Source: an uncultured Clostridia bacterium (GTDB lineage Bacteria; Bacillota; Clostridia; Christensenellales; UBA1242). From it: a stretch of DNA of 64,000 nucleotides. This document shows positions 48,885 through 58,646 of the stretch, piece after piece; the stretch's first letter is position 1; each line of letters begins with the position of its first letter. The stretch is taken from positions 15,171 through 79,170 of the forward strand of contig CALWQM010000005.1 in the NCBI GenBank assembly GCA_944383685.1, in the 5' to 3' direction. Under the pieces are notes generated by a model. That model saw only the letters and a program-made list of their open reading frames with translations. It was not told the origin of the DNA and did not search any database. The position numbers and the translations under genes are program-made.

Positions 48885-50114
48885 ATGTGTGATACAATTT
48901 ATTTAAAAAGGAATGGCAAAAGTTATTTTGGAAAGAACAGCGACCGATCTCCAAATGAAGCACACCTTATGATTAGGGAGCCTGCAAAAGATTTCAAAAA
49001 AGGTGAGATGTTAAAGGCGACTTATATTGAAATTCCACAAGTGGAACACACAAACGCCTGTGTGCTTTTAAAACCACACTGGATTTGGGGTGCTGAAATG
49101 GGGTGGAATGAGTTTGGGCTCAACATTGGCAATGAAGCAGTTTTTACAAATGTTAAGAGAGAAAAACAAAATGGACTTATTGGTATGGATATGTTGCGTC
49201 TTGCACTGGAAAGGTGTAAAACTTCAAGCGAAGCGGTAGATTACATTATCTCCTTGCTTGAGATTTATGGGCAACATGGCAACTGCGGATTTGATAAAAA
49301 ATTTTACTATGACAATGCATTTTTAATTGCAGACAACAGTGAAGCATATATTCTTGAAACAGCTGGAAGAAACTATGTTGTAAAAAAGGTTATGGACACA
49401 GCAACAATTTCCAACTGTTTAAGCATAAGGGAAGACTTTGACAGATGTTCGCCAAATTTTGAAGGGGATTTTAAAGAGAAATATCAAAACAACCTTTTCA
49501 CATTAGTGGCAGGTGCGGAAAAGAGAAAAAAAGCAACATTTAATGTTTTAGTTGGTGAAGGTGAGCCATTTAATTTGATGAAAAAAGCATTAAGTTGCCA
49601 TAGTTCAAACAAAGTTAATGTCAACAAAAGTTCGACTGACAGTGTTTGTATGCATGCGGGTAATCTTTTTGGTGACCAAACAACGGGAAGTTATTTTGGT
49701 GAAATAAATAAATGCTATTTTGTCACAGGTTCATCTTTTCCATGCCTTTCAATTTATAAACCACTCACAAAAGATGCAGAAATTTTGCCAGAAGACGAAG
49801 AAACAGCTTTGAAATATTGGCTTAAACATGAAAAATTAAATAGGCATATCATGAGTGGGAATATAAATATTAAGGAATATTCACAAAATGCAGAACTATT
49901 GCAGGAAGAATTTATTAACTTGGCACTCAATGCAAAAAGTAAAGTTGAACTTGAACGTATTTCAAAATATTGTTTTGAAAAAGAAAATGCTTTTGTTGAA
50001 TCTTATCTCGACAAAGTTAAGGACAAGAAAATTCACGTAAAAGGTGGATTATATTTTAAAAATTATTGGAATAAGAAAACAAGTGTTTTAAGCAAAGAAT
50101 ACAAAGGACTTTAA
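48885..50114 (+). CDS. C69 family dipeptidase / secernin-like Ntn hydrolase
   Basis: N-terminal nucleophile MCDT, FGKNSDR.PNE, WIWGAEMG.NE.G, GMDMLRLALER. Confidence 0.88.
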   Translation: MCDTIYLKRNGKSYFGKNSDRSPNEAHLMIREPAKDFKKGEMLKATYIEIPQVEHTNACVLLKPHWIWGAEMGWNEFGLNIGNEAVFTNVKREKQNGLIGMDMLRLALERCKTSSEAVDYIISLLEIYGQHGNCGFDKKFYYDNAFLIADNSEAYILETAGRNYVVKKVMDTATISNCLSIREDFDRCSPNFEGDFKEKYQNNLFTLVAGAEKRKKATFNVLVGEGEPFNLMKKALSCHSSNKVNVNKSSTDSVCMHAGNLFGDQTTGSYFGEINKCYFVTGSSFPCLSIYKPLTKDAEILPEDEETALKYWLKHEKLNRHIMSGNINIKEYSQNAELLQEEFINLALNAKSKVELERISKYCFEKENAFVESYLDKVKDKKIHVKGGLYFKNYWNKKTSVLSKEYKGL

Positions 50115-50115
50115 T

Positions 50116-51205
50116 ATGAAATTAAAAACTGTTCTGGTTGCGCCAGATAAATTTAAAGGAAGTTTAACGGCGGAGCAATTTTGTGAAATTGCAAAAGATG
50201 AAATAAAAAAATTTGATAAAGATATTGAAGTCATAACCTGTCCGCTTGCAGATGGCGGAGAGGGAAGTTTAGATTGTTTTATTAAAAATCTAAATGCAAA
50301 AACTATCCAAAAAAATTTACAAATGCAAATTTTGAAAGAATAGATGCTTGCTATGCAATTAAAGATGATGTCGCATTTATTGAGTGTGCAGAAACTTCTG
50401 GACTTTTAAAGACAGAATTTAAAAATCCATTAAAGACAACCACTCTTGGAATGGGAGAACAAATTTTTGATGCAATAAAAAATGGTGCAAAATTAATTTA
50501 CTTGACACTGGGTGGAAGTGCAACGAATGATGCAGGTTGTGGAATGGCGGTTGGTGTTGGGTATAAGTTTTTTAATGAAAAGGGAAATGGGTTTATTCCA
50601 ACCGGTGGAACATTGCAAGAGATTAAAAAAATCACTTTTCCGCAAAATATAAGAAATGTAAAGTTTATTGCCTTATGTGATGTTAAAAATGTTTTATATG
50701 GAAAGACAGGAGCTGCTTTTGTTTATGCAAAGCAAAAAGGAGCAACTGATGACGATATTGTTTTATTAGATAAGAATTTGCAAGCTTTAACTCTATTTGC
50801 AAATCTTACGGACATGATTTTACATTTGTTGAAGGAGCAGGAGCTGCTGGCGGTCTTGGAGCAGGGGCAATGTTCTTTTTAAATGCACAACTTAAAAGCG
50901 GAGTTGAAACATTTTTCAACCTTGTGGATATTGAAAGTAAAATAAAAAGAGCAGATTTGGTGATAACAGGGGAAGGGAAAATTGACAGCCAATCAAAATT
51001 TGGAAAAGTTGTTTATTCCCTTAAAGAAAAGTGTGGAAGCAAAAATTTTGTTGCCTTTTGTGGGGTGAATAATTCAAAAGAAAATGCTTTTGAGATTGTA
51101 AGCATAAATGATGAAAATTTATCACTTGAAGAAAATATAAAAAACACGGAAATTAATTTAAGAAAAAATTTGCAAAAATATTTAAAAAAATATTTAAAAA
51201 ACTGA
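50116..51205 (+). pseudogene. Glycerate kinase (GlxK/GarK family) broken by two frameshifts
   Basis: APDKFKGSL, ADGGEG, GGSATNDAG, DVKN.L.G, GAGAAGGLG and TGEG.ID.QS..GK motifs lie in three ORF fragments. Apparent 1-nt deletions at the A run ~50309-50315 and the T run ~50786-50788. Confidence 0.85.
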
Positions 51206-51319
51206 TAAATAATTCAGTTTTTTTTATTTTTTATATTTATTTAATTAAAAATAAATTTTTTATAATTATTTATGATTATAAAAAATAATATTTTTGCAAT
51301 AATTAACTTGGAGGAAATT

Positions 51320-52099
51320 ATGGCATATTCATATAAGGGCGCAATATCTTTTGGACTTGTTTATATTCCTATTGTTTTAACTGCAAGCATTAAAAATAAT
51401 GATATTGGTTTTAATCTTATTGACAAGAAAACTATGAGCAGGGTGAAGTATAAAAAAACTTGTGTTGATTGTGATGATAAGGAAGTGAAAAACGAAAATA
51501 TTGTTAAGGGCTTTCAATACGAAAAAGACAAATATGTCATTTTCACTGACAAAGATTTTGAAAAAATTAAAACTGAAAAGGATAAGAACATCACAATTGA
51601 ACAGTTTGTGAATTTGGATGAAGTTGACCCAATTTATTTTGACAAAGCATATTATGTCAGTCCCACTGGTGGAGAAAAAGCTTTTGAAGTTTTGTTGTCT
51701 GCAATGGAAAAACAAAATAAGGCCGGAATTGCAAAAGCTGTTTTGGGAACCAAGGAATCGCTGATTTTAATTAGAGCTAAAAACGGAAATATGCTTGTTA
51801 ACACCTTATATTTTTATGACGAAGTTGTCAAAGCACCTGAAATTAAAAAAGTTAAAGTCCTAAGCAAAGAAATTTCACTTGCAGTTTCACTTATAAACGA
51901 AATGACAGAAAAGTTTAAGCCTGAAAATTTTAAAGATGAGTATAACTTAAAACTTAAAAAGGCAATTAAATCTAAAATTGCAGGGAATGATATTGTTGTG
52001 CATGAGGATAGGGATGAACCAAGTAAGGTTATTAATCTTATGGAAGCACTGCAAAAAAGTTTAAAGAAGGGAAAGGAAAAACTAAAAAATGAGGCTTAA
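51320..52099 (+). CDS. ku: Ku protein (bacterial NHEJ)
   Basis: KGAISFGLVYIP, IVKGFQY, VDPIYFDKAYY, VINLMEALQKS; RBS ggagg before ATG 51320. Confidence 0.95.
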   Translation: MAYSYKGAISFGLVYIPIVLTASIKNNDIGFNLIDKKTMSRVKYKKTCVDCDDKEVKNENIVKGFQYEKDKYVIFTDKDFEKIKTEKDKNITIEQFVNLDEVDPIYFDKAYYVSPTGGEKAFEVLLSAMEKQNKAGIAKAVLGTKESLILIRAKNGNMLVNTLYFYDEVVKAPEIKKVKVLSKEISLAVSLINEMTEKFKPENFKDEYNLKLKKAIKSKIAGNDIVVHEDRDEPSKVINLMEALQKSLKKGKEKLKNEA

Positions 52100-53513
52100 A
52101 AAATATAATGAAAAACGCAATTTTAGTGTTACGGATGAGCCAAGAGGAAAATTGAAAAAATCAAAACAAAAACGTTTTGTTGTTCAATTTCATAGGGCTA
52201 GGCGAGACCACTATGATTTTAGATTGGAGTATAAAGGGGTCTTGGTGAGTTTTGCCATTCCAAAAGGTTTTTCATTTGATAGCCGCGATAAGCGACTTGC
52301 GGTACATGTTGAAGACCATCCACTTGATTATATTAATTTTGAAGGGAGAATACCCAAAGGTGAGTATGGCGCAGGAACAGTTGAAATTTGGGATAAAGGC
52401 TTTTATGAAATTTCAAAAGATCTAGATGAAGGTTTTAAAGATGGTGAATTTAAAGTTTGTCTTTATGGAAAAAAACTTGTTGGATGCTGGGCATTTGTGC
52501 ATTTCAAAGATGATAATTTTCTTGTAATTTATGAAAATATAGATAATAAAAAGGTTAATGAAATTAAAAAGGATAAAGTAAAGCAAACCCTTAAATTGCC
52601 ATTTAAAACAGCATCTATTCAACTTGCAGTTTTGTCAAAGAAAATTCCAAAAGGAAAAATTTTTGGTTTTGAAATTAAGTATGACGGATACAGAGCATTG
52701 GCTTTTGTTGAAAATGGAAAGGTGAAACTTGTGTCCAGAAATGGCAAGGATTTCACAAACAGGTTTAAAAATATTGCAGACCTTTTGCAAGATTCTTTGC
52801 AAGATAAACTTTTGGTTCTTGATGGCGAAATAGTTGTCTTTGATGAGAATGGAAAAAGTGATTTTTCCTTACTTCATGAGAGTTTAAGAAAAGGGAAAAA
52901 TAATTTTTGTTATGTTGTTTTTGATATTTTGGCTTTGGGCGAAGAAGATGTAAGAAATAAACCGCTTGTTGATAGAAAGAAATTGTTAAACGATCTTTCC
53001 AAATTTTTTCCTAAGAACATTATTTTGAGTGAATTTGTGGAAAGTAATGGAGAAGAATGCTTTGAAATTGCAAACAGATTAGGGCTTGAAGGAATTATGG
53101 CAAAAAAGAAAGATTCAATATATAGCGGAACAAGAAATGATGATTGGTTAAAGATTAAGTGTTTTCATAGGCAAGAATTTGTTGTTGGTGGATATATTGT
53201 TAAAAACAACAACTTAGCTTCCCTTCTTTTAGGGTATTATGATAATGACAAATTAATTTTTATTGGCAAAGTTGGAACTGGGTTTAACAAAGATAAAAAG
53301 ATTGAAATATTAAATAAGCTTAATAAAATTGAAATTGCAAAATCCCCATTTTCAAATTATGATGACAAAACTTGTAAATTTGTTAAACCTAAAATTGTTG
53401 CAGAAGTTCAATTTGCTGAAATAACTCCTTCAAAACTTTTAAGACAGGCAAGTTTTATTGCATTTAGGGAGGATAAAGATGCTAAGGAAATTGTTTTGGA
53501 AGAAGATAATTAA
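52089..53513 (+). CDS. ligD: LigD: 3'-phosphoesterase plus ATP-dependent ligase domains
   Basis: FVVQFH.ARR.HYDFRLE, VEDHP..Y..FEG (PE); EIKYDGYR, LDGE, EGIMAK, WLKIK (ligase). Confidence 0.93.
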   Translation: MRLKKYNEKRNFSVTDEPRGKLKKSKQKRFVVQFHRARRDHYDFRLEYKGVLVSFAIPKGFSFDSRDKRLAVHVEDHPLDYINFEGRIPKGEYGAGTVEIWDKGFYEISKDLDEGFKDGEFKVCLYGKKLVGCWAFVHFKDDNFLVIYENIDNKKVNEIKKDKVKQTLKLPFKTASIQLAVLSKKIPKGKIFGFEIKYDGYRALAFVENGKVKLVSRNGKDFTNRFKNIADLLQDSLQDKLLVLDGEIVVFDENGKSDFSLLHESLRKGKNNFCYVVFDILALGEEDVRNKPLVDRKKLLNDLSKFFPKNIILSEFVESNGEECFEIANRLGLEGIMAKKKDSIYSGTRNDDWLKIKCFHRQEFVVGGYIVKNNNLASLLLGYYDNDKLIFIGKVGTGFNKDKKIEILNKLNKIEIAKSPFSNYDDKTCKFVKPKIVAEVQFAEITPSKLLRQASFIAFREDKDAKEIVLEEDN

Positions 53514-53529
53514 CAAGTAGGAGAACTTA

Positions 53530-54375
53530 ATGAAAAAAGTGTTAGGCATTGAGATAACAAATCCTTCAAAAATTATTTATCCCAAAGAAAAAGTGACTAA
53601 GCTTGATGTGGCAAATTATTATGCAGGTGTGGCAAAATTTATGTTGCCATTTTTGGATAAAAGGCTTATAAGTGTGATAAGGTGTCATCAAGGAATTGAT
53701 GGTAAATGTTTTTTTAAAAAGCATCCAACAACAGAAACTGAACATATAAAGCCTTTTAAATTGAAAGGAGATAAGGAAGAATATTTTTATCTTTATGATG
53801 AAGTTGGAATTGTCAATCAAGCGCAAATGGGAACAGTGGAATTTCATTTTTGGGCCAGCAATGTTTTAAATATAGATAAGCCTGACATAATGACTTTTGA
53901 TCTTGACCCAGATAAAAATGTTTCAATAGACAAGTTGAGAGATGCTGTATTAAATTTAAAAACCATACTTGATAGTTTAAATTTAAAAGCTTTCCTTAAA
54001 ACCAGCGGAGGAAAAGGGTATCATATATTGGTTCCGTTTGCCTCAAATTGTGGCTGGGAAGAATTTGAAAAATTTGCAAAAAATGTTGCTTTACTTGCAG
54101 AGCAAAAGTGGGCAAACATTTTTACAACAAATATAAGAAAAGAAAATCGAGATAAAAAGATTTTTGTTGACTATTTGCGTAATGGCAAAGGGGCAACATG
54201 CGTTTGTCCTTTTTCACTTAGGGCAAGGGAAGGTGCAAAAATTTCCATGCCAATACAATGGAAAGATTTGGAAAAGATAAAACCGAATGATGTGAACATT
54301 TTTAATTTTAAAGAATATTTAAAAATTTCCCCATGGAAAAATTTTTTCAAAAACAAACAAAAAATATTTGAATAA
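53530..54375 (+). CDS. Stand-alone LigD polymerase (AEP primase-polymerase) domain
   Basis: ITNPSK..YP, FFKKH, FDLDPD, KTSGGKGYH, IFVDYLRN, PFSLRAR; own RBS aggag. Confidence 0.92.
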   Translation: MKKVLGIEITNPSKIIYPKEKVTKLDVANYYAGVAKFMLPFLDKRLISVIRCHQGIDGKCFFKKHPTTETEHIKPFKLKGDKEEYFYLYDEVGIVNQAQMGTVEFHFWASNVLNIDKPDIMTFDLDPDKNVSIDKLRDAVLNLKTILDSLNLKAFLKTSGGKGYHILVPFASNCGWEEFEKFAKNVALLAEQKWANIFTTNIRKENRDKKIFVDYLRNGKGATCVCPFSLRAREGAKISMPIQWKDLEKIKPNDVNIFNFKEYLKISPWKNFFKNKQKIFE

Positions 54376-54525
54376 TTAAAAAAATAACAAATTTTTAATA
54401 TTTTTATTATATTTTTAATTAATTTTTATTTAATAAATTTTTTTAAAGGTTTTTATTTAAAGCTTTTTATTTTCCACACAATAAAATTTATTGAATAAAA
54501 TGAGAGTATGCAATAGGAGATTAAC

Positions 54526-54774
54526 GTGGCTTTTATTCAAAGATTTTCAAGTATAACCAGGGGTGGAATTGTTTTTATTGGCAATACCCTTGGGTTAAGT
54601 AAATTGACAAATGCAAATCAACCTGGCATTCAAGGTTCTATCGGTGCATTCACCAGCCTTAATAACGGCTTGGTTGTAAACAATTTCCCTGCGGGGACAA
54701 CTTTAAATTATCTTCAAAACGGTTCATCTGCAATCCTTTTGAATTTTTCCTTTATTTTTGTGGAAATTAATTGA
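54526..54774 (+). pseudogene. Truncated N-terminus of a Bacillus/Clostridium DUF11-type conserved-repeat surface protein
   Basis: RGGIVFIGNTLGLSK...GSIGAF...FPAGTTLNY.QN.SSAIL resembles the N-terminus of those large proteins (recognised from memory). Similarity stops after about 70 aa and a terminator-like hairpin follows. Confidence 0.6.
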
Positions 54775-54884
54775 AAAAACTTTTAAACAGAAGAGTATAA
54801 GCTCTTTTGTTTTTTATTTCAATTTTTGAAATTTAATTTGAGATAATATTTTTTTGTGTTATATTTAAAATAAGGAAGATTATT

Positions 54885-56048
54885 GTGAGACACGAGAAAA
54901 TAACAAGAAAATTAATTTCATTTTTAAATAGAGATGATAATTTGAAAAGGTTAGTTGAAAAAAGTTTGGATATAGCAAGAAGTATTAATCCAGATAAAAA
55001 AACTAATCCTGCACAATCTCTTGAAGAACTTTATGATTTTATAGATTGGTCTGTCAAATGCATGCCGTGGGATGTTTTGCGAGAAAAAAACTATGATACA
55101 TTATTTAATGCTATGGATCAAGCGACAGGATATTTTTGGTATATTTTTGATCAACCACTTGATGAACTTAGAGATAGAGGATTTTATTATCCATCCTTAC
55201 AATATTTAGAACCGATTGCAAGCTGGATTAAAGACTATTCAACAGTATGGGGCAAATATTTATCAAAAAGAAAAAGTTGGAATGAAAAATTTTATAAACT
55301 TGCTTTAAAAGAGGAAGCATTTGGGTTGCAAAAAGGCTGGTACGGAAGTAAAAACATTTGGCATTCTTATAATGACTTTTTTTGCAGAAAACTTATAAAC
55401 CCAACACAAAGACCAATAAGTGAAGTTGATGTAATTGCACCTGCTGATTCCTTGCCAATGGGTTTTTATAAAATTGATAAAAATAACAAGCTTATTAATA
55501 ATGTCAATATCAAATCTGCCAATTTAAATGATGTTGGTGATTTAATAGGAAAGAATAGTAAATATTATGAGGCATTTAGCGGAGGAACTTTAACTCACAC
55601 TTTCTTGAATATGAATGATTATCACAGATATCATTTTCCAATAGATGGTAAAATTGTTGAAATGAGAAAAATAAAGGGTGCAAATGCAGGTGGCGGAATA
55701 ACTGAATGGGATAAAGTGCAAAAAAAATATGTATATTATAATGAAACCGGTTTTCAAATGATTGAAACTCGTCATTGTGTTATTTTGCAGACGGAAAAAT
55801 TTGGTTTAGTTGCAGTACTTCCAATTGGAATGTCTCAAGTTTGTTCTGTTAATTTTGAGAATTATTTGAAGGAAGGCACTGTTGTTAAAAAGGGAGATCC
55901 AATGGGATTTTTTCAATTTGGAGGAAGTGACATTGTGATGATTTTCCAAAAACATGTAAAGGTAAAAGATTTAACACTTAAAGACAATAAGGGAAATCCA
56001 AAACATTTGCTTATGGGCGAGCCTTATGCAAGTTTGAGCATAAAATAA
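54885..56048 (+). CDS. psd: Phosphatidylserine decarboxylase proenzyme
   Basis: SYNDFFCR, APADS, DYHRYHFPIDG, KKGD.MG.F.FGGSD autocleavage motif. Confidence 0.88.
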   Translation: MRHEKITRKLISFLNRDDNLKRLVEKSLDIARSINPDKKTNPAQSLEELYDFIDWSVKCMPWDVLREKNYDTLFNAMDQATGYFWYIFDQPLDELRDRGFYYPSLQYLEPIASWIKDYSTVWGKYLSKRKSWNEKFYKLALKEEAFGLQKGWYGSKNIWHSYNDFFCRKLINPTQRPISEVDVIAPADSLPMGFYKIDKNNKLINNVNIKSANLNDVGDLIGKNSKYYEAFSGGTLTHTFLNMNDYHRYHFPIDGKIVEMRKIKGANAGGGITEWDKVQKKYVYYNETGFQMIETRHCVILQTEKFGLVAVLPIGMSQVCSVNFENYLKEGTVVKKGDPMGFFQFGGSDIVMIFQKHVKVKDLTLKDNKGNPKHLLMGEPYASLSIK

Positions 56049-56214
56049 AAGACATAAAGGTTTTAGTGTTTAAACAATTTATGTAAAATTTATTTACACG
56101 ATAATAATTAAGCATTAGCATTATGTTTTATAATCAAAAAGTACTAATATATTCTTGAAATAATATAAATATTTTTTTAGTTAGATTTAATTTAAATTTA
56201 ACTTTATTTAACAA

Positions 56215-56250
56215 TAAAAAAATAAAGGAACACTTTTTTAAGTGTTCCCT
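56215..56250 (-). terminator. Terminator downstream of the tRNA 3' end
   Basis: ggaacactt-N4-aagtgttcc hairpin (56227-56248) followed by a U tract on the minus strand. Confidence 0.75.
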
Positions 56251-56257
56251 GTATTAC

Positions 56258-56302
56258 TGGTGCACTCGTGGGGATTCGAACCCAAGACCTTCCGTTCCGT
56301 AG
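56258..56302 (-). repeat. 3' half of tRNA-Arg(ACG), the attachment site (att core) of the integrated element
   Basis: The minus strand reads CTACGGA-ACGGA-AGGTC-TTGGG-TTCGAAT-CCCCA-CGAGTGC-A-CCA (anticodon loop to CCA). The 5' acceptor strand GCACTCG and the D-arm are absent upstream. Confidence 0.85.
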
Positions 56303-56520
56303 AACCCTGGTGACCATTGAGTAGTTTGTTTTTTATGCTCTGTTATTAAATATATTTCGATATATTAAATAATCTACTTTAATCATTTCAAAAATCAAAA
56401 GGTTTGTTCAATAACTTACGAAATCGTGTATGGTTTTTTCGTATGTGTTTTTCATTAGCCACTTTACCCTTAACTATAAATCTACCCTAAATGAGCTGAG
56501 TTCATGTTGAGTTATATTAA

Positions 56521-56598
56521 CTTGAATATCAAGATATAAGCCTTCTTCGCTCGCAAGTGAAAAAGCGATTTTTCGTTTGTCTCGCTCATTGGCTTATA
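56521..56598. other. Candidate rolling-circle origin (dso/sso-like hairpins) upstream of rep
   Basis: CTTGA-ATA-TCAAG hairpin (minus strand contains CTTATATCTTGATA); tataagcc/ggcttata inverted repeat enclosing a 12-bp stem with a GCGA loop. Confidence 0.5.
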
Positions 56599-56673
56599 AA
56601 AAACAAAACATCTTTCAGTTAATTAACTTGAATAAAAAATAAAGCATTGGGGTTTCAGTTAAGGAGTTAAAAA

Positions 56674-57558
56674 ATGAAATCAAGTTTAATCAAACCGAAT
56701 GACTTAGTCAAAGTCAAAAAGGTTAACAATCAAATTATACTACACAACATAACAAATTGCAATAGAAAAGCAAGTATAAAACGAATTTCTGGAAATAGGC
56801 ATATCAATCTTTCCACTGGCGAGATAGTCGAAAACAAAAAGACACTTATTCGTGGCGAGAGTATGCGTAGCCTACTTGAAAGCAATTTAAGACTGCAAGA
56901 CCTAATCAAAGAAAACACAATTGACATTCAAAAACTACTTTTAATTACGCTAACCTATCGAAAGAAAATACTTGACACGAAGAAAGTCAATGAAGATTTT
57001 AAGGTGTTCATTAAGTATCTCCGCAAGCACTTCACTGATTACGGCGAAATTGAGTATATCAACACACTCGAAAAGAAAGACGAGAATTCGGGCTTTCACA
57101 TACATGCAATACTTTTCTTTAATAAATCTACCCGAAGCGTCTTTCTGCCCGTTCAAACCCTAAATGACGCGTGGAAAAACGGATATACAAGTGTGGGCAA
57201 GCCAAAAGGAAAACAAGAAGTCTATTTCTATCTCACTCCACACCTTTCAAAAGAAGTGAACGAAAAGAACAGCCACATGCACAACAAAGCCCTTATGCAA
57301 ATGCAACTGCCAGCGGGCGTGAACTTATATCACTATTCAAAAGGCATAAAGAAACCGACAATCTATACAGACACTTACGAGAATGTAAAGAAATATCTCA
57401 AAGAAAACTCGTATATCTACAAAAGCGAACAAGTATATAAAAACCCTATGCAAACCTATCGTGGTAATAATCTTTACTACTGCAAAGAGAAATATATAAA
57501 AGCGGAAGAACAGCCGAAAGAATCCGATTCAAAACCGCACAAACGGACGCCAATATGA
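56674..57558 (+). CDS. HUH-superfamily rolling-circle replication initiator/relaxase
   Basis: Motif I LITLTY, motif II GFHIHAIL, motif III YFYL, then Y..SKGIKKP; RBS aaggag. Confidence 0.8.
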   Translation: MKSSLIKPNDLVKVKKVNNQIILHNITNCNRKASIKRISGNRHINLSTGEIVENKKTLIRGESMRSLLESNLRLQDLIKENTIDIQKLLLITLTYRKKILDTKKVNEDFKVFIKYLRKHFTDYGEIEYINTLEKKDENSGFHIHAILFFNKSTRSVFLPVQTLNDAWKNGYTSVGKPKGKQEVYFYLTPHLSKEVNEKNSHMHNKALMQMQLPAGVNLYHYSKGIKKPTIYTDTYENVKKYLKENSYIYKSEQVYKNPMQTYRGNNLYYCKEKYIKAEEQPKESDSKPHKRTPI

Positions 57559-57739
57559 TATCTATAAATAGTCATATAATGTAATCATTATATGGCTATA
57601 TTATTAACACGATTTCAAGCCCTACAAAGATACAAAGCAACCGCAACGACGCTACCTATTCTCAAAATTTTCCCCTAATGTTTAATTTTTTATATAAAGT
57701 TAGAGAAAAGTATGATATAATGCATACAAGGAGAAACAA

Positions 57740-58612
57740 ATGATAGATATTTTTGAAGAACTTAATAAGAAATTTAACATAGTAGAAAAAACTAGAAATT
57801 TAAGTAATTATATAATTGAAGAAAAAGAAATAAATCTTTATGGCAATTATATATCATTTTATGACCTACTTGATAGAGTCTTTCACTATTGGGAGTTAAA
57901 TAATAATTATAAAAACTTAGATGATATGTTATGTGATATGCAAATATTAAATCACGAAGAAGTTTATTATTTAAATGATTGTAGTGATACTCGCAATTTT
58001 ATAATTAAAGATGAAATGCAATGCTATAAGTTCTTGCAATTTTTAAAAAACTCTTTAAATTTTTTAGAAAAGTATTTAAAAAATAATTATAAAGAAATAT
58101 TTAATGCTCTGGAAATTAAGATAAAGTCAATAGTAAATCAAGTTAATCTTGATTTTACTTACGATCAATCAAAGGGTTATTATAAGTTAATTGAAAACAA
58201 ACAACTAGTTCGAGAAATTGCAGATAAATCGTGTAAGGATGTTGCAATTCGCTTATATGAATATAACGCAATAGATAATAAAAACAATTTAGAAAAGAAA
58301 AAAGAAATATTATTCTATTTAGCAACTATAACTGAACCTATTACAAAAACTTATAAGAAAAAAGCAGGGGACATATATGATTTATATCATATACTTGATT
58401 TTGCACTTAATAACTTTCATATTCGCCATAATAACAAAACAGGGACAAAAAAGAAAGCATATATTGCAAGTTTGACAGATGAAGAATTGATAAAGATTTA
58501 TGATAAAGTTTACGATTTAATTTTAGAAGTATTGAGCATTGAATATGCAAAGAATTCTTTATCTGGATTAACAGATTTAAAAGATAAGTTTGACAAAAAA
58601 ATTTTAAATTAG
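57740..58612 (+). CDS. Hypothetical cargo protein, possible Abi/HEPN-like
   Basis: Very AT-rich; own promoter (TGnTATAAT) and RBS; C-terminal LNNFHIRHNN motif. Confidence 0.6.
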   Translation: MIDIFEELNKKFNIVEKTRNLSNYIIEEKEINLYGNYISFYDLLDRVFHYWELNNNYKNLDDMLCDMQILNHEEVYYLNDCSDTRNFIIKDEMQCYKFLQFLKNSLNFLEKYLKNNYKEIFNALEIKIKSIVNQVNLDFTYDQSKGYYKLIENKQLVREIADKSCKDVAIRLYEYNAIDNKNNLEKKKEILFYLATITEPITKTYKKKAGDIYDLYHILDFALNNFHIRHNNKTGTKKKAYIASLTDEELIKIYDKVYDLILEVLSIEYAKNSLSGLTDLKDKFDKKILN

Positions 58613-58617
58613 ATTAT

Positions 58618-58646
58618 AAAAATACGAGCCTTGCACTCGTATTTTT
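58618..58646. terminator. Bidirectional terminator
   Basis: aaaaatacgag-N7-ctcgtattttt. Confidence 0.8.

Noticed and set aside
53511-53532. ligD and pol as one gene broken by a nonsense mutation
   Set aside because: pol is in a different frame and has its own RBS
56258-56335. Complete tRNA-Arg gene
   Set aside because: No 5' acceptor strand, no D-stem, and the anticodon stem cannot pair (GGGTT vs ACGGA); only the 3' half is present
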